Numbered from the stretch's first letter, positions 7,616 to 15,743 are shown. The stretch is DNA of 24,000 bases from Bacillota bacterium (GCA_013177945.1 JABLXW010000015.1:31395-55394); one strand, 5' to 3'. The notes: generated by a model not told the origin, from the sequence alone. Made by a program: numbers and translations.

Positions 7616-7965
7616 TGGGCGGGATCGTTGTGGAATATCTGACTGCCGGTGAAAAAGAGGCGGTTGCCGAGTTAAAAGAGGCGCTTCAGGATATGCTGGG
7701 GGACCGGCTGGTAGGGCTTTATCTCTTCGGCTCCAAGGCGAGGGGGGATTACGGCGCCGGTTCTGATATTGACATCGCGGTGATCGTACGAGGGCTGACG
7801 AGGGATTTAAAAAACGCCGTATTCGATAAGGCTGCCGATATCGAGCTTGAGCGCGATGTTTCTCTTTCAACACTGGTTCTTTCCGAGGAGCAGTTCGAGT
7901 TTTTGAAGCGGCGGGAGAGAAGAATAGCCCTGGATATCGAAAGAGAAGGGGTGCCTCTTTTATAG
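7615..7965 (+). CDS. Minimal nucleotidyltransferase (MNT-type)
   Basis: LYLFGSKARGDYGAGSDIDIAVIV is the NTase motif. ATG 7615 overlaps the stop of the preceding MNT. A HEPN gene follows. Confidence 0.85.
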   Translation: MGGIVVEYLTAGEKEAVAELKEALQDMLGDRLVGLYLFGSKARGDYGAGSDIDIAVIVRGLTRDLKNAVFDKAADIELERDVSLSTLVLSEEQFEFLKRRERRIALDIEREGVPLL

Positions 7966-8016
7966 TCTTTTATGGTTCTTTTAGAGCCATTTTTAAGGAC
8001 CGGCGGGGTGAGTTCT

Positions 8017-8421
8017 GTGACCGATGAGAACAAGCGGGAAAATATCAGGGAGGAAATCAACCGGGCAAATAATCTCCTCGATGCTGCGGACTATTTGAGC
8101 GCGGGCGGCTTTTACAACGATGCCGTTTCCCGTTTGTATTATTATCTTTTTTATCACTTCAGGGCGCTGCTTTTAACGGAAGAATTGGAGCCGAAAACCC
8201 GTGAAGGGATGTCGAGGTTGATAGGAATACGTTTTGTCAAGCCGGGAATCCTTGATGCAAGGAGCTCTCGCGTCTTTTCGAGGCTGATGAAATACAGGGA
8301 GGAAGCGGATTACAACCCGGCTTTTTTGTTTTCAGAGGATGATTATCTTGAATTAAGGGGAGAGGCGGTAGAAGTCGGGGACGCCGTCAGGAGATACCTG
8401 AAAGAGAAGGGTTATTTGTGA
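8017..8421 (+). CDS. HEPN domain protein
   Basis: NRANNLLDAADYLSAGGFYNDAVSRLYYYLFYHFRALLL...KYREEADY matches HEPN, including the R-x-x-x-D-Y end motif. GTG 8017 is preceded by GGGGTGAG. Confidence 0.85.
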   Translation: MTDENKRENIREEINRANNLLDAADYLSAGGFYNDAVSRLYYYLFYHFRALLLTEELEPKTREGMSRLIGIRFVKPGILDARSSRVFSRLMKYREEADYNPAFLFSEDDYLELRGEAVEVGDAVRRYLKEKGYL

Positions 8422-8699
8422 TGCTTTTCGTCTGCAGCGGCAGCAGAAAATTTAGAGGTATCGTGGTTTAGTATGACTTTCCCCATAAAACCCTCCAGAA
8501 CCAAGAGGTTCTTGTCAAAATAAATTTCTTCTCAAGAGAGATGTTGCCTTCCTATTGTGCTAAAATTATGGCACATTTTTTATCCCTTCTAGGGAGGCAA
8601 CTTGCTTTGCAGATCATGCATACTTTTATCCCGCGCAATGTTGCCTGATCCTGGTCCGATTTGGCATGAGTTTGGCAACAGACCCTTGTGGATTAACAG

Positions 8700-9060
8700 C
8701 CCTTTTCAGTTCAGGTGCAGGCAGGCTTTCTTCAAAGGAGAGCCTGTGCCTTCCTGCGAAATTCGTCGAAATGCGCCGTCTGCGGCTCCCCCGTCAGGCG
8801 TCCCGTCCGGCACAAGATAGTTTGCGAAAAGTGCAACCGCGTCTGGCACGCCGATGCCAACGCGGCGCTCAACATACTGCTTTCGGGCCCCTCGAAGAGG
8901 CACGGGGTGGGGGCCACGCCCCAGCGGCCGCGAGTACTCCGGTGGAACTGTCACCGGTGGGAAAGCCGCCGCAAATCCGCCGCCAAAAGCGGCGCTCCCC
9001 TGGCGGCGTGAGCCGCCTCGGGAATCCCCGGGCTTTTGCCCTGGGGAGGAAGTCAATCTT
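8700..9060 (+). mobile_element. tnpB: TnpB (IS200/IS605-family OrfB) 3' remnant, frameshifted
   Basis: RNSSKCAVCGSPV...KIVCEKCNRVWHADANAALNILLSG is the zinc ribbon plus the RuvC-III HADxNAAxNI motif. The tail PPRESPGFCPGEEVN sits in another frame over the hairpin ccccgggcttttgccctgggg. The N-terminal ~2/3 of the gene is absent. Confidence 0.7.
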
Positions 9061-9061
9061 A

Positions 9062-9286
9062 CTACTGGTTCTGTTTGTCAAAAACCTTGTACTGAGGCTC
9101 CTGCTGTTCGATGTAGTTGATCCGGCCCTTGATGCCGTCCCTGATCCTCTCCAGTTGGGAGGCGTAATCGGAAAACATCTTCTGGGCATTCTTGTCCTGG
9201 GTATCCAAAGCAAAGGACTTCAGTTCGGCGGTGACGGTTTCCAGTTGTGCCAGTAGCTGGTTCATTTTGACACCGATGGTCATCAC
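9062..9286 (-). CDS. DUF1657 family (spore-associated) protein
   Basis: TIGVKMNQLLAQLETVTAELKSFALDTQDKNAQKMF...IEQQEPQYKV is the characteristic DUF1657 pattern, including the EPQYK end. The RBS is AAAGGAGGAA. Confidence 0.85.
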   Translation of the reverse strand: MMTIGVKMNQLLAQLETVTAELKSFALDTQDKNAQKMFSDYASQLERIRDGIKGRINYIEQQEPQYKVFDKQNQ

Positions 9287-10034
9287 GATTTCCTCCTTTG
9301 AACATGTTGATTTTATTACTATTTTGCGCGCTTTTGGGAAAAAAATTTATGGTAAGGAAAGTTATATCCCAATTTCGCACCCTGAAATGAAACGGCCTTT
9401 AATTAATTTTTATGATGGCAGAAATGGAATGGCACCAATAAAAACTAGCAGCCCGTGTTAGTAATAAGGTTTATTGAGCACTTTAGCATCTTCCCCTTTT
9501 GGTCCTCAGTTTCCGGCGCCTGCGGTCCTTCAGGGTAAAGTTCTTGGGGATTCTCCCTCTTAAGAAGAAATCCACTTTTCTCAAAGATACCACATCACTA
9601 AATCCACGTAAATTTTTTGGATCAGGAAAAATCGCAGTTTCGGAAAACAGGAGAATGGCATCCCCGGACAAAGAGTCTTAGAAAATTGGAACTTCCACCA
9701 TCACCAGCCTCCTACGAGTCCTGGCGCTGCTTAAAGGTTACACCACTCGCTTGTTGCTTCAGCTTCACGAACCACTGTCCCAGGGAGGAGGGACTTCAAA
9801 AAGCTCAACAGAATCCGAATGGGAGTTCCCTCAAAATTCTGGATTCGACCCACACCAGAACCTTCCGTGCCCTCTGCCGGCAGCTTGAGGGCGGCACCTG
9901 CCGCCGCTGCTGCCTCTCCTGCTGCGCCGCCAACTGTTTTCTGCCCCTGCTTCGGGAAAGCATTCCTCGGGACTTTCCTCACTTAATTGTACCCGTGAAA
10001 GGATGTCGGTGATCGCCTTTGCAGTTAGCTGCGC

Positions 10035-10064
10035 TTGACGACCGTGCCCCGGCAGGGTTATACT
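10035..10064 (+). promoter_or_regulatory. Putative sigma-A promoter of the AbrB/VapC module
   Basis: TTGACG (10035-10040), an 18-nt spacer, then TATACT (10059-10064), about 35 nt upstream of the antitoxin ATG. Confidence 0.5.
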
Positions 10065-10099
10065 GGTGAGTGAGAAGTTATCCAGGGGGGCTCAAAGGT

Positions 10100-10378
10100 A
10101 TGCCTTATATTGCTACCGTATCACAAAAAGGGTGGGTGGTCATACCGAAGGAACTCCGCGCAAAGCTCAAGATCCGCCCGGGAAGCAAGGTCCTCCTCGT
10201 GGAAGGGGAGGAGGGCCTGGTGATTACACCTCTCCCCGAGGACCCGATTGCTGCTTTCAGGGGGATGCTCAAGGGCTTTCCCCTGGTGGAAGAGCTGCTG
10301 GAGGCCAGGAAGGAGGAGGCTGCCCGTGAAGAGCTACGTGCTGGACAGCTACGCGGTGCTGGCGTACTTCCAGGATGA
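10100..10378 (+). CDS. vapB: AbrB/MazE/SpoVT-family antitoxin (VapB-like)
   Basis: MPYIATVSQKGWVVIPKELRAKLKIRPGSKVLLVE is a swapped-hairpin AbrB-type motif. It lies directly upstream of, and overlaps, a PIN gene. Confidence 0.85.
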   Translation: MPYIATVSQKGWVVIPKELRAKLKIRPGSKVLLVEGEEGLVITPLPEDPIAAFRGMLKGFPLVEELLEARKEEAAREELRAGQLRGAGVLPG

Positions 10379-10745
10379 AGAAGGGGCAGCCCAGGTGGAG
10401 GGACTGCTCCGGGAAGCCGCTGCAGGAAAGGCATCCCTGATCCTGTCTGCCGTCAACCTTGGGGAGGTCGCCTACATCACCCAGCAGAAGGCCGGGGCGA
10501 AAGGCAGGCGCAAACTTCTGGCTGCGCTGGACGCCCTTCCGGTTACGGTTGTAGACGCCGACCGGGGCCTTGCCCTCGCGGCGGCGGAGATCAAGGTAAA
10601 ACACGCCGTTTCCTACGCCGATTGCTTCGCGCTCGCCCTGGCCCGGCGCAGCGGGGGAACTGTGGTCACGGGGGACCCCGAGTTTAAAAAGGCAGAGGGG
10701 GTCGCGCCGGTTCACTGGCTCCCGGAAAAACCCAAACAACGCTAA
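10326..10745 (+). CDS. vapC: PIN-domain toxin VapC
   Basis: VKSYVLDSYAVLAYF...NLGEV...SYADCFALALA...VVTGDPEF shows the PIN acidic residues. GTG 10326 is preceded by GGAGGAGG at 6-nt spacing. Confidence 0.9.
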   Translation: MKSYVLDSYAVLAYFQDEEGAAQVEGLLREAAAGKASLILSAVNLGEVAYITQQKAGAKGRRKLLAALDALPVTVVDADRGLALAAAEIKVKHAVSYADCFALALARRSGGTVVTGDPEFKKAEGVAPVHWLPEKPKQR

Positions 10746-10754
10746 ACCCCTCAA

Positions 10755-10943
10755 TTGATTTACCTTTATCTCAGCGGCCCCCGCAGCTCCAGGGGGGATG
10801 GAGTGCGAGGTAAGTTTGGTTTTTGCCTGCTTTTTGCAAACAAGAGCAAACAAGAGCAAACAAGAGAACCGACCCCTTGTTTTTTCTGTGCAGTCTGACG
10901 CAACAGGAGAACAGGACCGTTCCCTTGTTGCCCTTTGTTGCTC
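10755..10943 (+). repeat. Repeat family copy A (core + hairpin arms; 3 x caaacaagag)
   Basis: It shares cagcggcccccgcagctccaggggggatggagtgcgaggtaagtttggt.tttgcctgctttt.gcaaacaagag...aaccg.ccccttgtt with copies B-E. It fills the whole gap between two convergent vapC genes. Confidence 0.8.
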
Positions 10944-10945
10944 TT

Positions 10946-11407
10946 TCAATATACACGGAGGATGTTCTTTGAAGTTAAGAAAAAATGGCTGTCAAATGTG
11001 AATACATCCTTAATATCAGTTTGCTGCTCTAAAATCACAAAGCTCACGGCATCCACATACGAAATGGCTTGATCACTGTATTTTTTTATTAGACGAAGCG
11101 CTTCTCTTTCAATCTCCGGTGTTGAATAAACCACCTGCAAAAAACTCGTGTTTTCGGCTTCTTTTATGCTCTCCAAAAACCGCAGTGCCGTGCGATAATT
11201 AACATTATAACGAATAAATGTATAAGTTTCAGATATAACAAGGTTGCTGGTAACCTGCACAACCCTGCCGGCAACCATTGCTTTGAAAACTGTTTTGGCC
11301 GTTTCATGGTTGGCATCATGCCTGAGCGCTAACGCAATCCAGGCACCGGTATCTACAAACACCTTATGGCCTGCCATATAAATATCTGTCATGGTTAACC
11401 GACCCAT
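10946..11407 (-). CDS. vapC: PIN-domain toxin VapC
   Basis: KVFVDTGAWIALALRHDANH...SNLVISETYTFI...SYVDAVSFVILE...VFTFDSHF shows the PIN D/E/D/D pattern. ATG 11407 has GAGGGG 7 nt upstream. Alternative ATGs lie at 11392 and 11377. Confidence 0.9.
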   Translation of the reverse strand: MGRLTMTDIYMAGHKVFVDTGAWIALALRHDANHETAKTVFKAMVAGRVVQVTSNLVISETYTFIRYNVNYRTALRFLESIKEAENTSFLQVVYSTPEIEREALRLIKKYSDQAISYVDAVSFVILEQQTDIKDVFTFDSHFFLTSKNILRVY

Positions 11408-11633
11408 CCTGCGGCCCCTCTGTTTCGTCGCTTATGCCGACAATCTCCAGCAGGGGGTTTTCCTGAAGCCTTTTTTTCTCCTGGCTTATGAAATTATCCA
11501 GAGCTTCCCGGATGATCTCAGCCTCCGTTACCATTTTGATCTTTGCCAGCTTCTTCAGCTCTTCATCCTGCTCCGGGAAGATGTATGTCTGTTTCCTCAC
11601 CATGCGTTGAGCCCGCTCCCGGCTACCGCTCAC
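11364..11633 (-). CDS. vapB: Ribbon-helix-helix antitoxin (VapB-like)
   Basis: KQTYIFPEQDEELKKLAKIKMVTEAEIIREALDNFI is an RHH motif, and the C-terminus is HDRYLYG. GTG 11633 is preceded by GGAGGAGG at 6-nt spacing. The ORF-track ATG at 11669 lacks an RBS. Confidence 0.85.
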   Translation of the reverse strand: MSGSRERAQRMVRKQTYIFPEQDEELKKLAKIKMVTEAEIIREALDNFISQEKKRLQENPLLEIVGISDETEGPQDGSVNHDRYLYGRP

Positions 11634-11750
11634 AGCATCCCTCCTCCATTTAGAAATTGTTATATACATTGTAAATTATCGTTTATGATGTTGTCAAACC
11701 ACAAGCAAGCACACCTGCGCGCCACATCCTGGATCAGCACCTTGTAACCA

Positions 11751-11900
11751 GGATTTCCCCAAGCGCCCCCCACAACTTCAGGGGGATGGAGCGCGAGGTA
11801 AGTTTGGTCTTTGCCTGCTTTTCGCAAACAAGAGGACCGTCCCTGTGTTTGTGTAAAGATACCATATTTGCATCCCTTGCCTGCCTCTTGTTGCCCAAGC
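11751..11900 (+). repeat. Repeat family copy B (diverged hairpin)
   Basis: ggatttccccaagcgccccccacaacttcagggggatggagcgcgaggtaagtttggtctttgcctgcttttcgcaaacaagag matches the family core. The right arm is degenerate (gtccctgtgtttgtg ... cttgttgccc). Confidence 0.7.
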
Positions 11901-11940
11901 CGGAGGAATCGGCATCTTGTATCCCGGGCCGGCAAATGTT

Positions 11941-11968
11941 ATACTTGTAGTAATACTTGCAGTAGTAC
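11941..11968 (+). promoter_or_regulatory. Tandem palindromic operator-like sites upstream of the RHH/PIN module
   Basis: atACTTGTAGTAatACTTGCAGTAgtac holds two adjacent TACT-N3-AGTA palindromes, ending 3 nt before the AGGAGG RBS (11971) of the RHH gene. Confidence 0.5.
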
Positions 11969-11984
11969 AAAGGAGGTGCCGGGA

Positions 11985-12266
11985 ATGGGTGAAGGTTCAA
12001 ACAAGAGCAATACCAGCTTAAAAAAACCAAAAAAGCAGGCCTCTCAAATTACGGCGGTGAGACTGCCCTCCGAGGTTGTCTGCCGGATCGACGCCCTTGT
12101 GGGGAGGGGCAACCGCTCCAGGTTCATCGCAGCCGCCGTTGAAAAGGAATTAAAGCGGCGGGCGCGCCTTGCACACCTCGAAGAGGCGGGGGGTTTTATC
12201 CCTGACGACCTGGATGCCTTAGCCTTTGTGAACCGGCTGCGAGCTTGGGATGAGAGGGCTGATTGA
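11985..12266 (+). CDS. vapB: Ribbon-helix-helix (CopG/Arc-type) antitoxin
   Basis: ITAVRLPSEVVCRIDALVGRGNRSRFIAAAVEKEL is an RHH motif. AGGAGG lies 8 nt upstream of ATG 11985. The ORF-track start at 11811 lies inside repeat copy B. Confidence 0.85.
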   Translation: MGEGSNKSNTSLKKPKKQASQITAVRLPSEVVCRIDALVGRGNRSRFIAAAVEKELKRRARLAHLEEAGGFIPDDLDALAFVNRLRAWDERAD

Positions 12267-12668
12267 GTGGCTTCCCGCGGCTTTCTGCTCGACACCGATT
12301 TCTTGATCGATTTGAACCGGAGCAGGCGCCACGTTTTGCGCCAGCGGGCGGAAAAGCTCTTGCTCAGCATCAATGACGCCGACCTCTACATTTCCAGTGT
12401 GGCGGTTGCGGAATTCTTGACCGGGGTCCCGGAAGACAGACAGGAAGAAGTGCAGAAAATGCTCCAGGAGCAATACTTTTACCTTGCTCCTGCTTATGAG
12501 GAGGCTGTCTTTGCCGGAAGGCTGCGCCGGGAGTGGCTTGCGCGGGGCTATACCCTGGCTCTTTCCGATGTCACCAATGCTGCCCTGGCAATCTCCCGGA
12601 AACTGGCCCTGGTGACGAGGAATGTTTCTCACTACCCCTTTTCTGAGCTTGCGATTATTGAATGGTGA
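12267..12668 (+). CDS. vapC: PIN-domain toxin VapC
   Basis: FLLDTDFLIDL...SVAVAEFL...LSDVTNAALAI...LVTRNVSHY is the PIN pattern. The GTG start follows the antitoxin TGA immediately. Confidence 0.9.
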   Translation: MASRGFLLDTDFLIDLNRSRRHVLRQRAEKLLLSINDADLYISSVAVAEFLTGVPEDRQEEVQKMLQEQYFYLAPAYEEAVFAGRLRREWLARGYTLALSDVTNAALAISRKLALVTRNVSHYPFSELAIIEW

Positions 12669-12809
12669 CAGACTGATGCAAGGAAGACTGAAGGAAGAAG
12701 ATATGCTAGACGACATAGCAAAAATTGCCAAAGCCTTATTTACGTTTTCATTACGATGGTAGAACACCTGCTTTTTCTGAGATATAATATGCCCAGGAGG
12801 TGCTTGTAA

Positions 12810-13043
12810 ATGATTGAGCGTATTTCCATTGACCCTGCTGTCTGCCACGGGCAGGCTTGCATCAAAGGAACACGTATTCCTGTGCACCAGATTATTAGTA
12901 TGCTGGCAAACGGAGATACCATTGAGGAATTGTTAGAGGAGTACCCTTCCCTTAAAAGGGAAGATATTTTGGCATGCCTTGAATATGCTGCTTTACTTGC
13001 GGAAGAACAAATTATCCCGTTTGAGGCTATGAATAAGCCATGA
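12810..13043 (+). CDS. DUF433 domain protein (antitoxin-like)
   Basis: [56 protein letters not shown] is the canonical DUF433 pattern. The RBS is AGGAGG. A TATAAT lies at 12783-12788. Confidence 0.9.
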   Translation: MIERISIDPAVCHGQACIKGTRIPVHQIISMLANGDTIEELLEEYPSLKREDILACLEYAALLAEEQIIPFEAMNKP

Positions 13044-13153
13044 GGATTTATGTAGATGAAAATATCCCTGCAAAGACAGTCCGTGCTCTGCGAGAACTTG
13101 GTCATGAAGTATTTGATCACCGGGGTACGCCAAGAGAAGGGATCGCCGATCAA
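13040..13153 (+). pseudogene. DUF5615 (Mut7-C/PIN-like) toxin gene, truncated after ~38 codons by repeat copy C
   Basis: MRIYVDENIPAKTVRALRELGHEV is the DUF5615 N-terminus, with ATGA coupling to DUF433. From 13154 on, the sequence is identical to the repeat segment also present at 15987. Confidence 0.7.
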
Positions 13154-13379
13154 TCAGGGGGTCAGGCCCCATCTCAAGAAAGAAGAAGTCGCGGAGGCTT
13201 ATGCTGTTCTGAAAAGCAGCGGCTTGCTGGAAAGTTGAACTTTTACGCTCGCGATTTCCCCCGGCGGCCCCCGCAGTTCCAGGGGGATAGGGCATGAGGT
13301 AAGTTTGGTCTTTGCCTGCTTTTCCTTTTCGCAAATCGCAAACAAGAGAACCGTCCCCTTGTTTGCCCTTGTTTGCCAG
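13154..13379 (+). repeat. Repeat family copy C (long form)
   Basis: It is near-identical to 15987-16203. The shared sequence runs cagggggtcaggccccatctcaagaaagaagaagtcgcggaggcttatgctgttctgaaaagcagcggcttgctggaaagttgaacttttacgctcgcgatttccccc ... gtaagtttggtctttgcctgctttt ... caaacaagagaaccgtccccttgtttgcc. Confidence 0.85.
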
Positions 13380-13380
13380 T

Positions 13381-13412
13381 AAAATAAAAAACAGCAGGCA
13401 CATATCGCCTGC
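13381..13412 (-). terminator. Rho-independent terminator of the DUF4258-like/DUF2283 operon
   Basis: The minus strand reads GCAGGCgatatgtGCCTGC followed by tgTTTTTTATTTT, 16 nt after the DUF2283 stop. Confidence 0.7.
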
Positions 13413-13427
13413 AGATGCCTTTCCCAG

Positions 13428-13664
13428 TTACCGCTTGCTCGCGTTCAAAATGGTCACACCAACGACTTCGTTTCCCCGGTAGCGCACCACGATGTCGTCC
13501 GCAACGAATTCGCTGTCGTCAGCAGCAACCGGCTGCTCGGTGAAGTGCACATACAGAACGTCTCCTACCGGGTCGTAGGATGCCCGCAGGAGGGGAAGGC
13601 CGGATCTTACGACCGCTTGCGATACCGTTTCGGCAAGCTTAATATAGCTCATTGCTTCGGCCAT
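13428..13664 (-). CDS. DUF2283 family protein (antitoxin-like)
   Basis: ASYDPVGDVLYVHF...DDIVVRYRGNEVVGVTILNASKR is the DUF2283 pattern. The RBS is GAGGGTG. Its start overlaps the upstream gene by 16 nt. Confidence 0.85.
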   Translation of the reverse strand: MAEAMSYIKLAETVSQAVVRSGLPLLRASYDPVGDVLYVHFTEQPVAADDSEFVADDIVVRYRGNEVVGVTILNASKR

Positions 13665-13969
13665 ACAATCACCCTCTTTTCCAGTTGCCTAACCTTCCGG
13701 GTTAGGAATGCTGTTATGATGAATCCGTCACCAGGGCCTGTTTCCTTATACACCACTACCAGGAACTTCCCGGCCGTTATTTCCCGGATGGCCAACAACT
13801 CACCGCGGCTCCCTGACAAAACTTTAAGGGGTCTCCTGACGGTGAGAAGCACCTCCCGGCGCAATTCTTCGAGTTCCGGATGCTCCTCGACTATATGCTG
13901 CCACCGTTCCTCTGACAGTCTAATCCAGATACCGGAAACAGCATGTGTTCCCATCCTCTGCTCGGTCAC
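13649..13969 (-). CDS. Small toxin-like protein (DUF4258-like pattern) paired with DUF2283
   Basis: IRLSEERWQHIVEEHPEL...VLLTVRRPLKV...GKFLVVVYKE...GFIITAFLTRK is the pattern of the small proteins usually found upstream of DUF2283. The family name is uncertain. The start is GTG after GGAG. Confidence 0.7.
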   Translation of the reverse strand: MTEQRMGTHAVSGIWIRLSEERWQHIVEEHPELEELRREVLLTVRRPLKVLSGSRGELLAIREITAGKFLVVVYKETGPGDGFIITAFLTRKVRQLEKRVIVWPKQ

Positions 13970-14040
13970 TATTCTCCAGCTCTCCTTCTATGACACTAGT
14001 CTATCAGAAATCTGGCAGGTCAGCAATATTATGATAAAAT

Positions 14041-14300
14041 CAGAACAAAAGTTCCCTTCCGTTTAGGCATTTCCCCGAACGCTTCTGGTTGTACCCGGGG
14101 ATGTCGTCCTGCGTTGCAGCCCCAATGCTTTTGAGCTTTTACGCCCGGGATTTCCCCCGGCGGCCCCCGCACCTCCAAGGGGGATGGAGTGCGAGGCAGG
14201 TTTGGTCTTTGCCTGCTTTTCGCAAACAAGAGCAAACAAGAGAACCGTACCCTTGTTTGCCAGTCCCCTTGTTTGCCCCCTTGGTTGCCCTTGGTTGCAA
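14041..14300 (+). repeat. Repeat family copy D: compact composite (L arm + core + hairpin arms), MITE-like
   Basis: The L arm agaaca...gttcccttccgtttaggcatttccccgaacgcttctggttgtacccggggatgtcgtcctgcgttgcagccccaatgctt is also at 15733-15823. It is joined directly to the core (cttttacgcccgggatttcccccggcggccccc...gggggatggagtgcgagg...). The right end has 2 x caaacaagag and 2 x ccttgtttgcc. Confidence 0.8.
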
Positions 14301-14331
14301 CCCTGCAAAGGGCGCAATGTTTGGGGGCGCC

Positions 14332-14360
14332 TTCGCATTAGATCAGGAAACTGGTATAAT
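14332..14360 (+). promoter_or_regulatory. Promoter inside the duplicated ~100-bp promoter/leader cassette (copy 1)
   Basis: TTCGCA (14332-14337), a 17-nt spacer, then TATAAT (14355-14360). It is preceded by the hairpin GGCGCaatgtttggggGCGCC. The leader ends in GGAGG, 9 nt before ATG 14411. The same cassette is found at 19047-19153. Confidence 0.6.
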
Positions 14361-14389
14361 ATAACTGATATTAATATAGATGAGAATAA

Positions 14390-14985
<596 letters not shown>

Positions 14986-15107
14986 GGCACTGGTTCATGA
15001 GCAGCTCCAACGGGGGGAGGTGGACGTGCTCCGCCCGTATCTTTTGCTTGAGCGTTACCGGCAATTACTGGAGGATCTCCACGAGCCTTGCCGTTGTGGC
15101 GGAGCGG

Positions 15108-15150
15108 CATGAAGAAAAACCGGTCGGCTGCTGGAAAGTTAAACTTTGCG
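15108..15150 (+). repeat. Short diverged fragment of the repeat family (copy F)
   Basis: gaagaaaaaccggtcggctgctggaaagttaaactttgcgcc resembles gaaaagcagcggcttgctggaaagttgaacttttacgc of copies C and E. Confidence 0.4.
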
Positions 15151-15201
15151 CCTAATTTTCTGTTTTATACTTTATGCTAGAGAAAAATCGGAGTGAGGCT
15201 T

Positions 15202-15546
15202 ATGATTTCCGGCTTGAATCCTTTGCGGGAAACCGATAAAAAGGCTGTCGTGGAGTTCTGCACCCTCCTCCGGAGGAAGCTGAAAGACAACTTGCGGCAG
15301 ATCAGATTGTTCGGCTCTAAGGCCAGGGGAGATGACGACCCCGAGTCGGATATTGACATCCTGCTGCTTGTGGAAAAACGAGATCCTGTTGTAGAAGATC
15401 AAATTATTGACATCGCCTATGAGGTAAGTTTGAAATACGATGTTGTCATGATGCCGGTAGTGCTGTCAGTTGACGAGTATTTGAGTTCCTTATCGAGAGC
15501 CAGCCTTTTTTACCGTCATACTCAAAACGAAGGTCTGGTATTATGA
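15202..15546 (+). CDS. Minimal nucleotidyltransferase (MNT-type)
   Basis: IRLFGSKARGDDDPESDIDILLLV is the NTase motif. The RBS GGAGTGAGG precedes ATG 15202. It has an ATGA overlap with the downstream HEPN ORF. Confidence 0.85.
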   Translation: MISGLNPLRETDKKAVVEFCTLLRRKLKDNLRQIRLFGSKARGDDDPESDIDILLLVEKRDPVVEDQIIDIAYEVSLKYDVVMMPVVLSVDEYLSSLSRASLFYRHTQNEGLVL

Positions 15547-15743
15547 ATGAGGATTTTCTCGCATTGGCTCGGTTTCGCGTGAACAGAGCAAAAGAGACGC
15601 TGTCCGAGACCAGGCTGTTGTTGGATGCCGGGCATCTAAACGGTGCGGTTAACCGCTTGTATTATGCTGCTTTTTATGCCGCCCGTGCTATCCTGGCTAC
15701 CAAAGGGCTCGATTCATCGAAACACAGCGGCGTAGAACAGTAG
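15543..15743 (+). pseudogene. HEPN gene truncated at ~66 codons by repeat copy E
   Basis: FRVNRAKETLSETRLLLDAGHLNGAVNRLYYAAFYAARAILATKGLDSSKHSGV parallels the first half of the intact HEPN at 8017-8421. The last codons and the stop fall in the L arm of the repeat, and the C-terminal R..DY half is missing. Confidence 0.7.

Noticed and set aside
6671-7873. 400-aa minus-strand ORF
   Set aside because: It runs antisense through three MNT/HEPN genes and the intergenic DNA. It is Arg/Pro-rich with no motifs or RBS. The plus-strand genes carry clear catalytic motifs.
8666-9256. 196-aa plus-strand ORF
   Set aside because: It reads the TnpB remnant in a non-TnpB frame and then continues antisense through the DUF1657 gene, so it is an artefact.
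10837-10866. Tandem 10-bp units (caaacaagag x3) as a possible CRISPR or minisatellite
   Set aside because: The units are far too short and have no spacers. They form the left arm of the repeat-family hairpin, with matching ccttgtttgcc units on the right arm.
12219-12887. 222-aa minus-strand ORF (likewise 16328-16909, 193 aa, and 10269-10949, 226 aa)
   Set aside because: These ORFs are antisense to well-supported plus-strand genes (PIN/DUF433, the Rpn-like fragment, and vapC plus a repeat). They have no motifs and their composition is implausible.
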